Positions 38,151 through 47,262 of a stretch of 53,487 bases of DNA are shown in pieces. Source of the DNA: a virus. Lineage: Duplodnaviria > Caudoviricetes. The notes under the pieces are model-generated. The model worked only from the letters and a program-made list of their open reading frames with translations. It was not told the DNA's origin and did not search any database. Positions within the stretch are counted from its first letter, which is position 1; every line of letters begins with the position of its first letter. The stretch spans positions 1 through 53,487 of the IMG/VR virus record IMGVR_UViG_3300031028_000001. One strand, written 5' to 3'. The position numbers and the translations under genes were made by a program.

Positions 38151-38392
38151 TACCAGCCGATGCCTTTACCGCCGAAGAGATAGAACGTCCTGGTCTTAGG
38201 AACTTGTGGAGGAGCGTCGGTGGCGGTGGGATAGAGCGCGTTGAAATAGCTGATCCGGTTGCGGATCTCTGCGGCAGTCTGAGCCCGATACATCCGACCT
38301 TCGAAGGACACTTCCGCCGCGGTGGCTCCGGCCAGTAGAGCAGCCTCTAGCTGAGCGATCGCTGTGTCGAGTTGCCAAGTTGTATAGGGCAT
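38150..38392 (-). CDS. Head completion protein, gpW-like
   Basis: Small ORF between terL and portal; VSFEGR.Y motif. Confidence 0.75.
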   Translation of the reverse strand: MPYTTWQLDTAIAQLEAALLAGATAAEVSFEGRMYRAQTAAEIRNRISYFNALYPTATDAPPQVPKTRTFYLFGGKGIGW

Positions 38393-38394
38393 TG

Positions 38395-40314
38395 TTACCT
38401 TAGCCTGATCTGCATACGCTGCTGCGGTCTCTGCACAGGTTGAACTGACTCACCAGGAGTCACTGGCTTGCTGGCTGCGATTCTGCTTTCGAGTGCCGCC
38501 CAGTGTTTTTCCTGAAAGCGGTGCGATCCGAAATCCCACGCCGCCGCCTGCGCGTAGATCCTGCAATCCAGCGCCTCATTCCGAGGCCGGGTCTGCTGAT
38601 ACTCCTGCTGCGCGCGCCCCTTCTTATCTCTGCGAGTGACTAAGTGCTCCGAGCAGATCTGTTTGAAGTGCTCGTCCCCATAGGTCGGATCTTCCGGCAG
38701 GTGACAGAAGCCCGCGGGATATCCGTAGCCCAAGCCCAGCTCGTCGGCGGTCGGCGGCCGCTTGCGGAGATCGGCGAAGAGCTGCCCCTTGAAGAAATCC
38801 GGGTTCAGCGTCTTGAACAGCACGCCGAATTTGAGCTTGCGTCCGCCTACCGTGGCTTCGACAGCGTGCGGAGATCCAACCGGATCGCCCTTCGAATAGC
38901 CCTTGATCGCCCAAGTCTGAGGACGGGGCTGCAAGCGTACCCACTCGTAAACTGCTGGCGTGATCGTTCCATCGCCGGAGTCTACAAACATCCGCTCGAT
39001 CGAGAGTACTCCGCCGCCTTCACGTTCAAACGTCTGGGCCCGGAACGCTTCCAGGTGCCGCCATACATCCGGCTGAGTCGGATCGCCATAGAAGATTCGA
39101 TAATCGACGCTCCAAGATTCGCGATTGCGTCCCCAGGCGACAAGCTCGACTTCGATGCGGCCGCCGTTCTCGCGCTGCACATCCGCGCCGGCCGTCAGGA
39201 ACAATCCGCCCACCGGAACCTGTCCAACCGGGTACGATTCACGCTGCTGGAGGAGGCGTTCCCATTCGAGCGCTTCACCCGGCTCGGCCCAATTCTCGGC
39301 AAGCGACGTGTTGATGAACGTCTTCAGGTCCTCGGTGTTGTCTTTCTTGGTCAGGTAGTCGAGGACGATATCCCAGAGCTGCTTCCACGGGCTGTATAGC
39401 TCGCTGATCCAGAACCCGGCGATCCCGGTGAAGGGCTTCGCCGCGCGCCACTCGCCGCGCTCGACCGCGTTCCATCTCTCGGCATCGTTCCAGGCCGCGT
39501 CGCAATGCTCGCAGTGATAATGCGCCGAGACCGCCTGCTCTTCGCGGGTCGGAAGCGTCGAATCCCAGCGCACTTGCGTGCGAAACTTCAGCATCATCGA
39601 CTGATGCTGGCCGCACTGGGGACACGGAACCCAGAACTGGCGCTGGTCCGAGACTTCGTAGCCGCGATCGATCTCGCTGCCCTCGGAAGTGGGCGAGCAG
39701 GTATCGATTTCCTTGGCGCGGTGCCGGAAGGTGGCCATGCGCTTGCGCGCGAGCGAGACCGGGTTGCCTTCGGCGCCGGCGGAGAGCGCGTATTTGTCCA
39801 CTTCGTCGCAAAACAGGAAGCGGATGGCGCGCCGGGCCAGGTTGCCCGGGGATCCGGCCGAAGTGACCGCCAGAATGCCGCCCGGGAAGCGCTTTTCCTC
39901 GATGGTGTTGCCGGAATCTCGAGATTTCGAGTCGGCCACCTTCAATTTCAGACGCGGCGTGTCCCGAATCATCGGCGCCAGGCGTTCCTTGCTGAAATCT
40001 TTGGCGTCTTTGTCCCGTGGCTGAATGATCAGCATCGGGCCTGGGTCCTGGTCGATGAAATATCCGACCGCGTTTTCGATCGTGACCGTCTTCAGGAGCT
40101 GCGTACAGCTCTTGATCACCACACGGCGCACGCGCGGGTCCGAAACTGCGTCCATGGGCTCGCGCTGGAACGATAGCGTGGTCCATTTGCCGTGCTCGGC
40201 CGCGCTTTCGGGCGACAAACGCCGGTGCTCGTCCGCCCACTGGGAGACGGTAACCTCCGGCGGCGGGGCGAACAGCCGGTAGGCGGCGCGCGATACCTCG
40301 GCAATGACGCTCAC
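38395..40314 (-). CDS. terL: Terminase large subunit, lambda gpA family
   Basis: VSQWAD, IRFLFCDEVDKY, SDQRQFWVPCPQCG, GADVQ, RNEALDCRIYA. Confidence 0.95.
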   Translation of the reverse strand: MSVIAEVSRAAYRLFAPPPEVTVSQWADEHRRLSPESAAEHGKWTTLSFQREPMDAVSDPRVRRVVIKSCTQLLKTVTIENAVGYFIDQDPGPMLIIQPRDKDAKDFSKERLAPMIRDTPRLKLKVADSKSRDSGNTIEEKRFPGGILAVTSAGSPGNLARRAIRFLFCDEVDKYALSAGAEGNPVSLARKRMATFRHRAKEIDTCSPTSEGSEIDRGYEVSDQRQFWVPCPQCGQHQSMMLKFRTQVRWDSTLPTREEQAVSAHYHCEHCDAAWNDAERWNAVERGEWRAAKPFTGIAGFWISELYSPWKQLWDIVLDYLTKKDNTEDLKTFINTSLAENWAEPGEALEWERLLQQRESYPVGQVPVGGLFLTAGADVQRENGGRIEVELVAWGRNRESWSVDYRIFYGDPTQPDVWRHLEAFRAQTFEREGGGVLSIERMFVDSGDGTITPAVYEWVRLQPRPQTWAIKGYSKGDPVGSPHAVEATVGGRKLKFGVLFKTLNPDFFKGQLFADLRKRPPTADELGLGYGYPAGFCHLPEDPTYGDEHFKQICSEHLVTRRDKKGRAQQEYQQTRPRNEALDCRIYAQAAAWDFGSHRFQEKHWAALESRIAASKPVTPGESVQPVQRPQQRMQIRLR

Positions 40315-40868
40315 GCGATGTCAGGCGAATGCTCTGACAGGTCGGTGAGGGCTTCGCGGACCGCGCGGTCGATCAAGGCGCGGCATTCGAGCACGTCGGT
40401 GAGCACGGCCGCCTTCGGCGCCACTTTATCCGGGATGAGCAGCATCTGGTTGCGCACGGTGGAGACGAGTTCGCCCCAGGCGGCCTCGACTTTGATGCGG
40501 TCGACCACGTCGCCCTGCTTGCGCTCGAAATTCAAGCGCGCCATTTCGGCCTCCCAGTATTCCCTCGAGGCCCGCGACTTCTGGAAGTCGTTGATGTTGG
40601 CGACGGGCGGGCCATCGTCGGCTTCGGCGGCCGGAGCTTCAACAGTCGGCGCCGGTTTGCTGTCCGGCTGGCTGCCACTTCTGCGGCTCGGATCGGTGCG
40701 GCGCTCCCAGTCTTTGTCGGCTTTGGCGAAATCGATCACGCCGGCGGCGGCGCGGATGCGGCCCGATTGCACCGCCTTGGCCACGGCCTGCTTCGTCGTC
40801 GGCTTGCCGTTTGTCGTCCGGTACTTAGCGTAAGCGGTGAGCCCGCCCGTCAACCTGCCTGGTGTCAC
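40311..40868 (-). CDS. terS: Terminase small subunit (Nu1-like)
   Basis: N-terminal HTH-like AYAK...QAVAKAVQSGRI; coupled to terL. Confidence 0.85.
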   Translation of the reverse strand: MTPGRLTGGLTAYAKYRTTNGKPTTKQAVAKAVQSGRIRAAAGVIDFAKADKDWERRTDPSRRSGSQPDSKPAPTVEAPAAEADDGPPVANINDFQKSRASREYWEAEMARLNFERKQGDVVDRIKVEAAWGELVSTVRNQMLLIPDKVAPKAAVLTDVLECRALIDRAVREALTDLSEHSPDIA

Positions 40869-40963
40869 CCGTCAACCAACCGTCAACCGTCGAAAAACGA
40901 TGAAAACTACACAAAAGGCGCCTCCGCATGACCCGCGCGCGGAGGGCCGGCCGGGAAGGACCC
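40847..40963 (-). promoter_or_regulatory. Putative cos packaging region
   Basis: GGGTCCT (lambda cosQ sequence) at 40957-40963, a GC-rich dyad CCTCCGC...GCGGAGG, and three CCGTCAACC repeats (40847, 40869, 40880) at the terS start. Confidence 0.6.
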
Positions 40964-40992
40964 GCGGTGACGGTGGGGTGGGATGGCACGGC

Positions 40993-41979
40993 TTAGAGGC
41001 CGAGGCGCGTGGCCGCATTATCCCGCCAGAGGTCCAGATCCCTCGTGTACCGGCGAACCATGGCCGCGCTCTTGTGGCCGGTCTGGTTCATGATCGAGCG
41101 TTCCGAGGCTCCGCCTATAGTCGCCTGGGTGACGAACCCGCTGCGCAGCGAATGCGCTGAGAATTGCGTGACATCCAAGGCCGCCGTCTTGCAGTATTGC
41201 TGCACAATCCTGCGCACCACCTGGTCTGTAAGGCCATGCTCGGCCACGTGGCCGTGTCGGTTCACACCGCGGAATAGCGGCCCTTCGACGATGCCTGCCG
41301 CCTCCAGCCACCGACGCAGCGAGCGCACCGGGCACAGTTGCGGGCTGCTGCCATACGGAATGCCCACGGCTCGGCCGTGTCCTTCTTGGTCTGTCTTGCT
41401 GCGGCGTAGCGTGACCTTCAGCCCATCGTCCTTAAAGACGATATCGTTAATGGTCAATGCGACCAGTTCCGAGCGACGGAACGCGCCCGCGAACCCGAGC
41501 AGCAGCATGGCTGTATCTCGTTTACCGATAAGCCTGTTAGGCCGGATGACGTCGAGCATCTGGCGCAGATGATCGGTCAATAGCGCTGCTTTGCCCGCCT
41601 GGGCTGTGCCGTGTGTGCGCTTGATGCCGGCCAGCACTTCCCGCACCTCGGCGTGGCGCATGGCACAGGGCGATTCGTGCCCGGCCGCCTGGTGCACCTT
41701 GGAAATGGCCGCGAGTCGCCGGATGATGGTGGCCGGCTTGTTGACGCCACCCAGATCGGCGATAAACAGGGCGATCGTATGCGGCGCCGCCGGCATGGTT
41801 TCGAGTCCCCGCAGGAGGCACCAGGTGTTGAAGTGCTGCCAGTCGCTGCGATACGCGAGCACGGTGTTCGGCGCTTTCGAAGCCGCTGCGTATTCGCGGG
41901 CTTTGTCGAAAACCGGAGCCAGTTCGCCCAGGCTGGCGACGGTGACGGCCGTTGCGTCAACCATCAAGCGTTCCAGCAA
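40993..41979 (-). CDS. Tyrosine recombinase (Cre-like), copy 1
   Basis: RDTAMLLLGFAGAFRRSEL, RSKTDQ, HSLRSG, QTGH, RRY catalytic motifs. Confidence 0.93.
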   Translation of the reverse strand: MLERLMVDATAVTVASLGELAPVFDKAREYAAASKAPNTVLAYRSDWQHFNTWCLLRGLETMPAAPHTIALFIADLGGVNKPATIIRRLAAISKVHQAAGHESPCAMRHAEVREVLAGIKRTHGTAQAGKAALLTDHLRQMLDVIRPNRLIGKRDTAMLLLGFAGAFRRSELVALTINDIVFKDDGLKVTLRRSKTDQEGHGRAVGIPYGSSPQLCPVRSLRRWLEAAGIVEGPLFRGVNRHGHVAEHGLTDQVVRRIVQQYCKTAALDVTQFSAHSLRSGFVTQATIGGASERSIMNQTGHKSAAMVRRYTRDLDLWRDNAATRLGL

Positions 41980-42004
41980 ACAATAATCATAGGTTATGGG
42001 TACG
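41976..42004. promoter_or_regulatory. dif/loxP-like core upstream of recombinase 1
   Basis: Minus strand: CGTACCCATAA-CCTATGA-TTATTGTTTGC (ATAA-N7-TTAT). Confidence 0.5.
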
Positions 42005-42623
42005 CAGGAAAACCGGCTCTGGCTGGATCATGCCGTGCGGCTTCCGCTGGTAGAGAATCCGTGGGATTGCCAATAAATTCGCCCTTGGCGAGTGACCCCA
42101 AGCGCACCGTTCCGCCGAAATACTCATCGAGCGGAAACAGGCCGTACGGCCGCATCTCGCGAAAGGTCCGGCCAAGCTTCTGCTCAATCTGATAGACCGC
42201 ATGAAAGAACGCATAGCGGTCGATCTTCATCCGGCTGCAGCAAGCGTGGTAGTCAGCGCCTTCGAGGAAGTGGCGCCGGAAAATCTCATACTCGAACTCG
42301 TCCAGTATGCGCCGGCTCACCAGGCAGAAATCCGCGATATACTCCTCGGTCTTGCGGCCGTACATCACACGATTGTCCTTGGTATGGCCGAATTCGAGAG
42401 ACACACTGCTCATGTGTTTTTCCTGTTTCATTAGGTCTCGAAAGCGTCCATAACAGGCTCGGAAGATGGCCCGGAAAACGCATTCACAGGGGCGCTGCCG
42501 ATCGCAACCGCGGGTAGTGCGCATGCCGAAGCCATGGCAGTTTGCGCAGTGCGGTTTGGCCATCGCAATGGTCTGGGATCGATCCCAATTAAACGCGATC
42601 GCAGGTTTCAGTCGAGAATCCAT
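41994..42623 (-). CDS. Cys-rich protein with C-terminal sigma-region-4-like helices; possible late transcription regulator
   Basis: CANCHG...CECVFRAIFRACY; LDEFEYEIFRRHFLEG; position upstream of the packaging genes. Confidence 0.55.
   Translation of the reverse strand: MDSRLKPAIAFNWDRSQTIAMAKPHCANCHGFGMRTTRGCDRQRPCECVFRAIFRACYGRFRDLMKQEKHMSSVSLEFGHTKDNRVMYGRKTEEYIADFCLVSRRILDEFEYEIFRRHFLEGADYHACCSRMKIDRYAFFHAVYQIEQKLGRTFREMRPYGLFPLDEYFGGTVRLGSLAKGEFIGNPTDSLPAEAARHDPARAGFPAYP
42011..42055 (-). repeat. Partial copy of the dispersed repeat (boxes 1-3) next to the recombinase-1 core site
   Basis: Reverse complement CTCTACCAGCGGAAGCCGCACGGCA matches R12 CTCTGCCAGCGGAAGCCGCGCGGCA at 23 of 25 positions. 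Confidence 0.8.
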
Positions 42624-42761
42624 GGATCCACCGGTTTCGATTGGCATAGAAACGGTTTCAATAACACCAGTTCGAGCGCCAGATACCGCACCTGCTCGGT
42701 GGCCGCGTTGTCCATCAGATAATCGAACTGCTCTTCGAGGACCGCGCGCGCATCGGTCCGT

Positions 42762-43079
42762 TCAGACGTTCGCAGTGGTCGATCGATTGCTGTTGCCGCC
42801 ATGTCGTAGCGCCAATTCGGTTCTGTTCGAGACGTTCAGTTTGCGGAAGATGCGGTACAGATATTCCTTGACCGTGCCTTCCGCCAGGTGCAGATCCCAG
42901 GCGATTTGCTTGTTGGATTTCGCCTGCGCTATGTGACTGACGATCTGCTGCTCACGGAATGACAGAGGACCGGTCCATGGCTTGCGGATACCAGCGGGCT
43001 TGCGGCATGCAGGGCAGGTATACTCTTTGGCTTCTGCTTGAAATGAGTTGCCGCAACGGGCACAGGTTCTATCCAACAT
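42762..43079 (-). CDS. LuxR-type HTH regulator with N-terminal Zn ribbon
   Basis: CARCG..CPAC; LSFREQQIV...SNKQIAWDLHLAEGTVKEYL..IFRKLNVSNRTEL. Confidence 0.88.
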   Translation of the reverse strand: MLDRTCARCGNSFQAEAKEYTCPACRKPAGIRKPWTGPLSFREQQIVSHIAQAKSNKQIAWDLHLAEGTVKEYLYRIFRKLNVSNRTELALRHGGNSNRSTTANV

Positions 43080-43087
43080 CTTTTTGG

Positions 43088-43170
43088 CTTGTGGCTTCGC
43101 GGCTCCGCAATCGCGCGAAAAGTGAGTGACTGTGTTGTGACTCAGTGCCGCGCGGCTTCCGCTGGCAGAG
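43088..43170 (-). repeat. Dispersed five-box repeat, copy R12 (inverted)
   Basis: Reverse complement: CTCTGCCAGCGGAAGCCGCGCGGCA...CACAGTCACT CACTTTT CGCGCGA TTGCGGAGCCG CGAAGCCACAAG. Confidence 0.85.
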
Positions 43171-43172
43171 AT

Positions 43173-43352
43173 TCAATAACCGAGACGCAATGTGTGCTGC
43201 GCACCGAACGCGCCAAACAGCCAGAGGAACAGCAAGACCACAAGCAGCAAGCCAACGATGCCGAGGCCTCCGCCATAGCCGTAGGTTCGGTATCCCCACG
43301 CCCCGCCGCCAAGTCCGAAAATCAACAGCAACACGATGATGATGAACAGCAT
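43173..43352 (-). CDS. 59-aa two-TM Gly-rich membrane protein (DUF3309-like)
   Basis: Hand-translated: MLFIIIVLLLIFGLGGGAWGYRTYGYGGGLGIVGLLLVVLLFLWLFG... Confidence 0.75.
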   Translation of the reverse strand: MLFIIIVLLLIFGLGGGAWGYRTYGYGGGLGIVGLLLVVLLFLWLFGAFGAQHTLRLGY

Positions 43353-43355
43353 TTT

Positions 43356-43718
43356 TCACCTTCCCTTGTAAGGATCGTCACGCGGCTGCGGACCCACGCC
43401 GCCGATCGCCACATGATTGGTTCGCGAGAAATAAAAACCGACTACCGTGCCAAACGCGACGCTGATGATGGTAGGAATATCTCCCCCCTTCGAGCGAAAC
43501 GCCGCCAAGATCCCTACGAACATGGCCGCGATCACCACCACCAGCGCAATGATCGCCTGGGTGTGCTCCCAGATCAGATTGACTCGGCGCTGGCCCGCGA
43601 AAGTCAAATCCTGCTGCGCCGTCGTCGCCGCCGGGAGAGGTATGGCCGCCTTGTCTCGGTAGAATTCAATATCGCCCGGCAGGTTTATCGGTTCGGGGGA
43701 GGGTGTTTCTTCGGGCAT
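43356..43718 (-). CDS. Two-TM membrane protein, holin-like
   Basis: Two hydrophobic segments ending VVGFYFSRT. Confidence 0.55.
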   Translation of the reverse strand: MPEETPSPEPINLPGDIEFYRDKAAIPLPAATTAQQDLTFAGQRRVNLIWEHTQAIIALVVVIAAMFVGILAAFRSKGGDIPTIISVAFGTVVGFYFSRTNHVAIGGVGPQPRDDPYKGR

Positions 43719-43731
43719 GAGCGCGTTACTT

Positions 43732-44109
43732 TCAAGCGGCGCCCAGGGCCTCGCGGATGGCTGCCAGAAGTTGACCCACGTCCATAGGTTTTTCGAGAAA
43801 CGCCTTGGCGCCCGCCTGCATAGCGCGCTCTTTGTATTCGTCAGCGTCGTGCGCGGACACTACAATGATCGGGATCGCGGCGAGAGCGGGATGATCCGTC
43901 CTGAGCTTTGCCATCACAGCGAACCCGTCGCCGGCCGGCAGCCCGAGGTCGAGGATCATCAAATCCGGATGATGCTTGCGCGCCTGCGCTATACCCGAGA
44001 CGCCGTCCGCCGCGAAGAAAGTATCGTAGTGGCTGGCCCTGAGGCGCGTTCGGATGGCCTTACGAAAATCCGGGTTGTCGTCCACGATGAGGATTTTCTT
44101 GTTAGCCAA
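43732..44109 (-). CDS. Single-domain response regulator (CheY-like receiver)
   Basis: KILIVDD, PDLMILDLGLP..DG, IIVVSA, FLEKP. Confidence 0.92.
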   Translation of the reverse strand: MANKKILIVDDNPDFRKAIRTRLRASHYDTFFAADGVSGIAQARKHHPDLMILDLGLPAGDGFAVMAKLRTDHPALAAIPIIVVSAHDADEYKERAMQAGAKAFLEKPMDVGQLLAAIREALGAA

Positions 44110-44211
44110 TTGGCACCGATCTTTTCAGGGGCGCGCTTTCCAGTTGGATTGTGCGCCCACTGTTCCGTGAGAGATATGCCTACTTTTAGGGATTTATATA
44201 CATGACTCCCG

Positions 44212-44340
44212 TTAGATTTTCTTGGCATCGCGCAACCTCTTTCGCTTCCGGCGCTTTGCTGCCTTTGTCTTCGGCTTTGGTTTATATGCCAGCACCACGT
44301 CCGTTATCCGGTCGAGTTCGGGCGGAGTTTTCATCTTCAT
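44212..44340 (-). CDS. 42-aa basic peptide at the IS end
   Basis: Hand-translated: MKMKTPPELDRITDVVLAYKPKPKTKAAKRRKRKR... Confidence 0.6.
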   Translation of the reverse strand: MKMKTPPELDRITDVVLAYKPKPKTKAAKRRKRKRLRDAKKI

Positions 44341-44753
44341 TTCGGCGGCTCCTGCAAGGGCATCCAGTGGGTTGGGTTAGCGTCTTTCGCAAATGCCATC
44401 CAGGTGTTGCACCAGTGCTTCTTGGTGCTGTGAAACATCGCCGTAGCGTAGGACTTCTGCCCCGGCAGTTCAAACCATCCAATCAACACATAGGTATCCT
44501 TCGGAGCGGTCGCGATTGGACGCCATTGGGTCTGATCCGCAAGCTCCAGGGCTTTATCGCGCCAGCTATCGGATTGCCGCTTGTAGCGGTCGCGCATAGT
44601 GGACTCTTCTTTGAACTGAACAGCCAAATCCTCAAACATGCGCCAGCAGTCGTAAGCCACGGCGTTGCGATTCTTGCCTGTGGGATCGGCCCTATCTTCG
44701 CGGACGCGGGACAGCAGGGCGTCGAGTTCGGTATGAATGACGGTCATTTCCAC
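44337..44753 (-). CDS. DUF551-like phage protein (IS passenger)
   Basis: WRPIATAPKD ... PTHWMPLQEPP. Confidence 0.8.
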   Translation of the reverse strand: MEMTVIHTELDALLSRVREDRADPTGKNRNAVAYDCWRMFEDLAVQFKEESTMRDRYKRQSDSWRDKALELADQTQWRPIATAPKDTYVLIGWFELPGQKSYATAMFHSTKKHWCNTWMAFAKDANPTHWMPLQEPPK

Positions 44754-45049
44754 TCCGATCTAATCGCTTCATCGACAGCCGCGCGGAGCGAGCGCCCAAA
44801 GAAGCGCTTCTGTTTAACGCGTACCTCGACTTGATACTTATGCCCATCGAAGCCTATCCCGAACTGGCCGTATTTGACCGATTCCAACCAATTGATTCTT
44901 TCGGCGTCTGTAATCAGCCGTTCCGCGTCGATCTTTGCGGAGGCCCGGTCGCGCACGGCTTGCGAGGGAAGCGGCGGCCCATCATCCAAGCCGTCCCGGA
45001 ACGGCGTACCATCCGGCCTCAAATTGCTCCAATCCGATTTAGACGGCAT
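44744..45049 (-). CDS. Hypothetical phage-type protein (IS passenger)
   Basis: DAERINWLE ... LRAAVDEA motif. Confidence 0.65.
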   Translation of the reverse strand: MPSKSDWSNLRPDGTPFRDGLDDGPPLPSQAVRDRASAKIDAERLITDAERINWLESVKYGQFGIGFDGHKYQVEVRVKQKRFFGRSLRAAVDEAIRSEWK

Positions 45050-45365
45050 GGGATTTCTCCAGCAGTTTGCAGAGCGCGATCTGGATACGCTTTGGAAATT
45101 TTACGGTTTTCGTGTCGAAAGCCCTGGTTGCCATTCCACCCATGGAATTCAGCGGAATCCATAGGCCGCGCTCCCCGTAGCCGTAGTATGGTCCGTAGTG
45201 CCAACGCGCCAGTTGGCGGCGATCCACGTTCGGCGGAATCTTCCAGCCGGATCGCTTCAGAATGGGATTCACCAGCTTGGCGTCTAGTTGCCAAGTATGC
45301 AGGCGCTTCAGGTGCTTTAGTATTGCCGCGTGGTGCGGGTCACGTGGGTCCAGTGGTACGCTCAT
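45039..45365 (-). CDS. Hypothetical protein (IS passenger)
   Basis: ATGA-coupled to the transposase stop. Confidence 0.6.
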   Translation of the reverse strand: MSVPLDPRDPHHAAILKHLKRLHTWQLDAKLVNPILKRSGWKIPPNVDRRQLARWHYGPYYGYGERGLWIPLNSMGGMATRAFDTKTVKFPKRIQIALCKLLEKSHAV

Positions 45366-46294
45366 GCGATCAACCTCGCGTAGGTCAGCCGCTTGCCGGA
45401 AACTCCGTCCACGAAGGAATCCAGACGCTCAAGCGTGTGGCGTTCTACGTTCCCTTCGTTCAGCCGGAAAGTGAACTCGTCAACGTACCGGAACAGATGC
45501 TTCTTGCTGGCGTGGTGGTAAACCCCATGCAGCCCGCGCTTGAGCACAGCCCAGACGCTCTCTATGGAGTTGGTGGACGCCGCGCCCCTGGCATACTCAC
45601 CGGCGCTGTGGTTGACCGTCTCGTGGCGGTAGAACAGCCCATCCAGGTCGCTGAATACCATGTGATCGTCGGTGTAGAGTTGCGATCCGGCTTCGACGTT
45701 GGCGTGGATCTGACCGTGGATGCCGTCCAGCGTGCGAATCTCAACTACCTTGGCGAACGTCCGGCCACCCTTGCCGCGCTCCCGCATCCCAAGGACGGCG
45801 GTTTTCCCGACAGGGCCGCGCCCCATGTTCAGCTTCTTGCCCTTGTGCTTGTTCCCTTCCAGGCCGCCGACGAAGCACTCGTCGATCTCCACCACGCCCT
45901 TGAGTTTCTCCGGGTCGGTCGAACCGCCGCACGCTTCCCTGAGGCGTCCCAGGATGAACCACGCGGTTTTCTGCGTAACGCCTATCTCTTTGGCAAGCTG
46001 CATGGAGGAAATCCCTTTGCGGGCCGTGACCAGCAAGTACATGGCGTAAACCCACTTGTTCAATGGCACCTTGGAGCGCTCGAAAATGGTTCCCGTCCTG
46101 ACCGTGAAATCGAAGTCTCCGCAGGCGTTGCACCGATAGAAACCGTCCTTCCGGGTCGTGAGCCGATCCGACGTTTTACACTCCGGGCAAACCGGGCCAT
46201 TGGGCCACAATCGCCCTTCCAGGTAGGTCCGCGCCGTCTCCACGTCCGGGAACATCTCGAAGAGCTTGAATGTGCTGATAGTGGAGCGGGACAT
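45362..46294 (-). CDS. IS1595-family DDE transposase
   Basis: N-terminal Zn ribbon CPEC..CNAC; VEIDECFVGG, YTDD, TNSIESVWAVLKR, YVDEFTFR. Confidence 0.93.
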   Translation of the reverse strand: MSRSTISTFKLFEMFPDVETARTYLEGRLWPNGPVCPECKTSDRLTTRKDGFYRCNACGDFDFTVRTGTIFERSKVPLNKWVYAMYLLVTARKGISSMQLAKEIGVTQKTAWFILGRLREACGGSTDPEKLKGVVEIDECFVGGLEGNKHKGKKLNMGRGPVGKTAVLGMRERGKGGRTFAKVVEIRTLDGIHGQIHANVEAGSQLYTDDHMVFSDLDGLFYRHETVNHSAGEYARGAASTNSIESVWAVLKRGLHGVYHHASKKHLFRYVDEFTFRLNEGNVERHTLERLDSFVDGVSGKRLTYARLIA

Positions 46295-46295
46295 T

Positions 46296-46529
46296 TCAGC
46301 AGCCCTCCACTTTGCGGTTCCAGGACCACTGCTCCACCGATCCCAACTGCTCCCAGGTCTTTCGGGCTCCGCCGTCGTGGTAGGTTGGCCGTTTGCGGAC
46401 ATCGGCCTCATAATCGGCCTTGCCACGTGCGGGGAGAGCCGAATTGTAGCGGTCAATCTGCTCCTGAACGGAACCGAGTCCCTTTACTTTCGCTTCCGCC
46501 GTGGTCAGGTACATTTTGTTGTTTTCCAT
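46296..46529 (-). CDS. Small hypothetical protein upstream of the transposase (IS passenger)
   Basis: AGGA RBS; lies inside the IS ends. Confidence 0.6.
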   Translation of the reverse strand: MENNKMYLTTAEAKVKGLGSVQEQIDRYNSALPARGKADYEADVRKRPTYHDGGARKTWEQLGSVEQWSWNRKVEGC

Positions 46530-46582
46530 GTCCTAATGATACATGGTTCCCGTACGGGAGTCAAGTATATAATTCCCTACTT

Positions 46583-46936
46583 TTAGGCAGCCGGAGTGTT
46601 AGCTGTGACAGCGGCCGCCAGCGAGGTGGCGGACGTGTTGAGGGAAGCTGCCAGCGCGGCGATAGCGGCCGGATCGTTGGCGTTCGCCACCAGTTGCGCC
46701 GCAAGGCCCTGAATCAGGGTGATGGCGCTCTGTTCGACGGTAGTGTTCTGGGTAACTTGCGCGGTAAGTGCTGCTAGGTCCATGATTTCCTCTTTTTGGT
46801 TGGCTAGAATCTGGTCCAACTTTGAATCCACCGCATCTAGCCGTGCGGCGAGTTGGGCGTACAACTGGAGAGCCCAGTCCATCTTGGGCGGAAAGCCTGG
46901 TGAAGCGGGACTCGGCGGCGTTGGTTCGGTGGACAC
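46583..46936 (-). CDS. Ala-rich helical hypothetical protein
   Basis: GTG start inferred; the stop codon lies in the IS target duplication. Confidence 0.65.
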   Translation of the reverse strand: MSTEPTPPSPASPGFPPKMDWALQLYAQLAARLDAVDSKLDQILANQKEEIMDLAALTAQVTQNTTVEQSAITLIQGLAAQLVANANDPAAIAALAASLNTSATSLAAAVTANTPAA

Positions 46937-46965
46937 GTTTATCCCCTTTTGTAGAGGTAATGCGG

Positions 46966-47262
46966 TCACGATGCTTTTCTCAGGCGGCGCAGGGTCCAGC
47001 ACCGCGGCGGATTCTGATCGGTTTCGTGATCGTGCGAATAGGCGCGCGGGTTGCCCTTGCGATCGGGAAGCGCTGAGTCGTCGCCGCACTCCCGAACCTG
47101 CAGCTCGACGATCATCTTGTCCTTACGGCGCCGGATGACTTTGACGTTGGGCGCCTGGATCAAACACAACAGGCGTTCGCGATTGGCCCATTCATAGCAG
47201 CGAGGACCGCGGCCAGACATGACTGGCACCGGGAACGCCTGATTGTTTTGGATTTGCGACAA
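46966..47262 (-). CDS. Hypothetical protein
   Basis: AAGGA RBS, TTG start. Confidence 0.55.
   Translation of the reverse strand: MSQIQNNQAFPVPVMSGRGPRCYEWANRERLLCLIQAPNVKVIRRRKDKMIVELQVRECGDDSALPDRKGNPRAYSHDHETDQNPPRCWTLRRLRKAS

Larger units (their letters stand above)
44189..46577 (-). mobile_element. IS1595-family element carrying passenger genes
   Basis: 23-bp terminal IRs (44189-44211 GGGATTTATATACATGACTCCCG; 46555-46577 reverse complement GGGAATTATATACTTGACTCCCG) and 8-bp target duplication TACTTTTA (44181-44188, 46578-46585). Confidence 0.93.

Noticed and set aside
44831-46777. 648-aa plus-strand ORF
   Set aside because: Antisense shadow of the IS1595 transposase and its passengers; it crosses the IS boundary.
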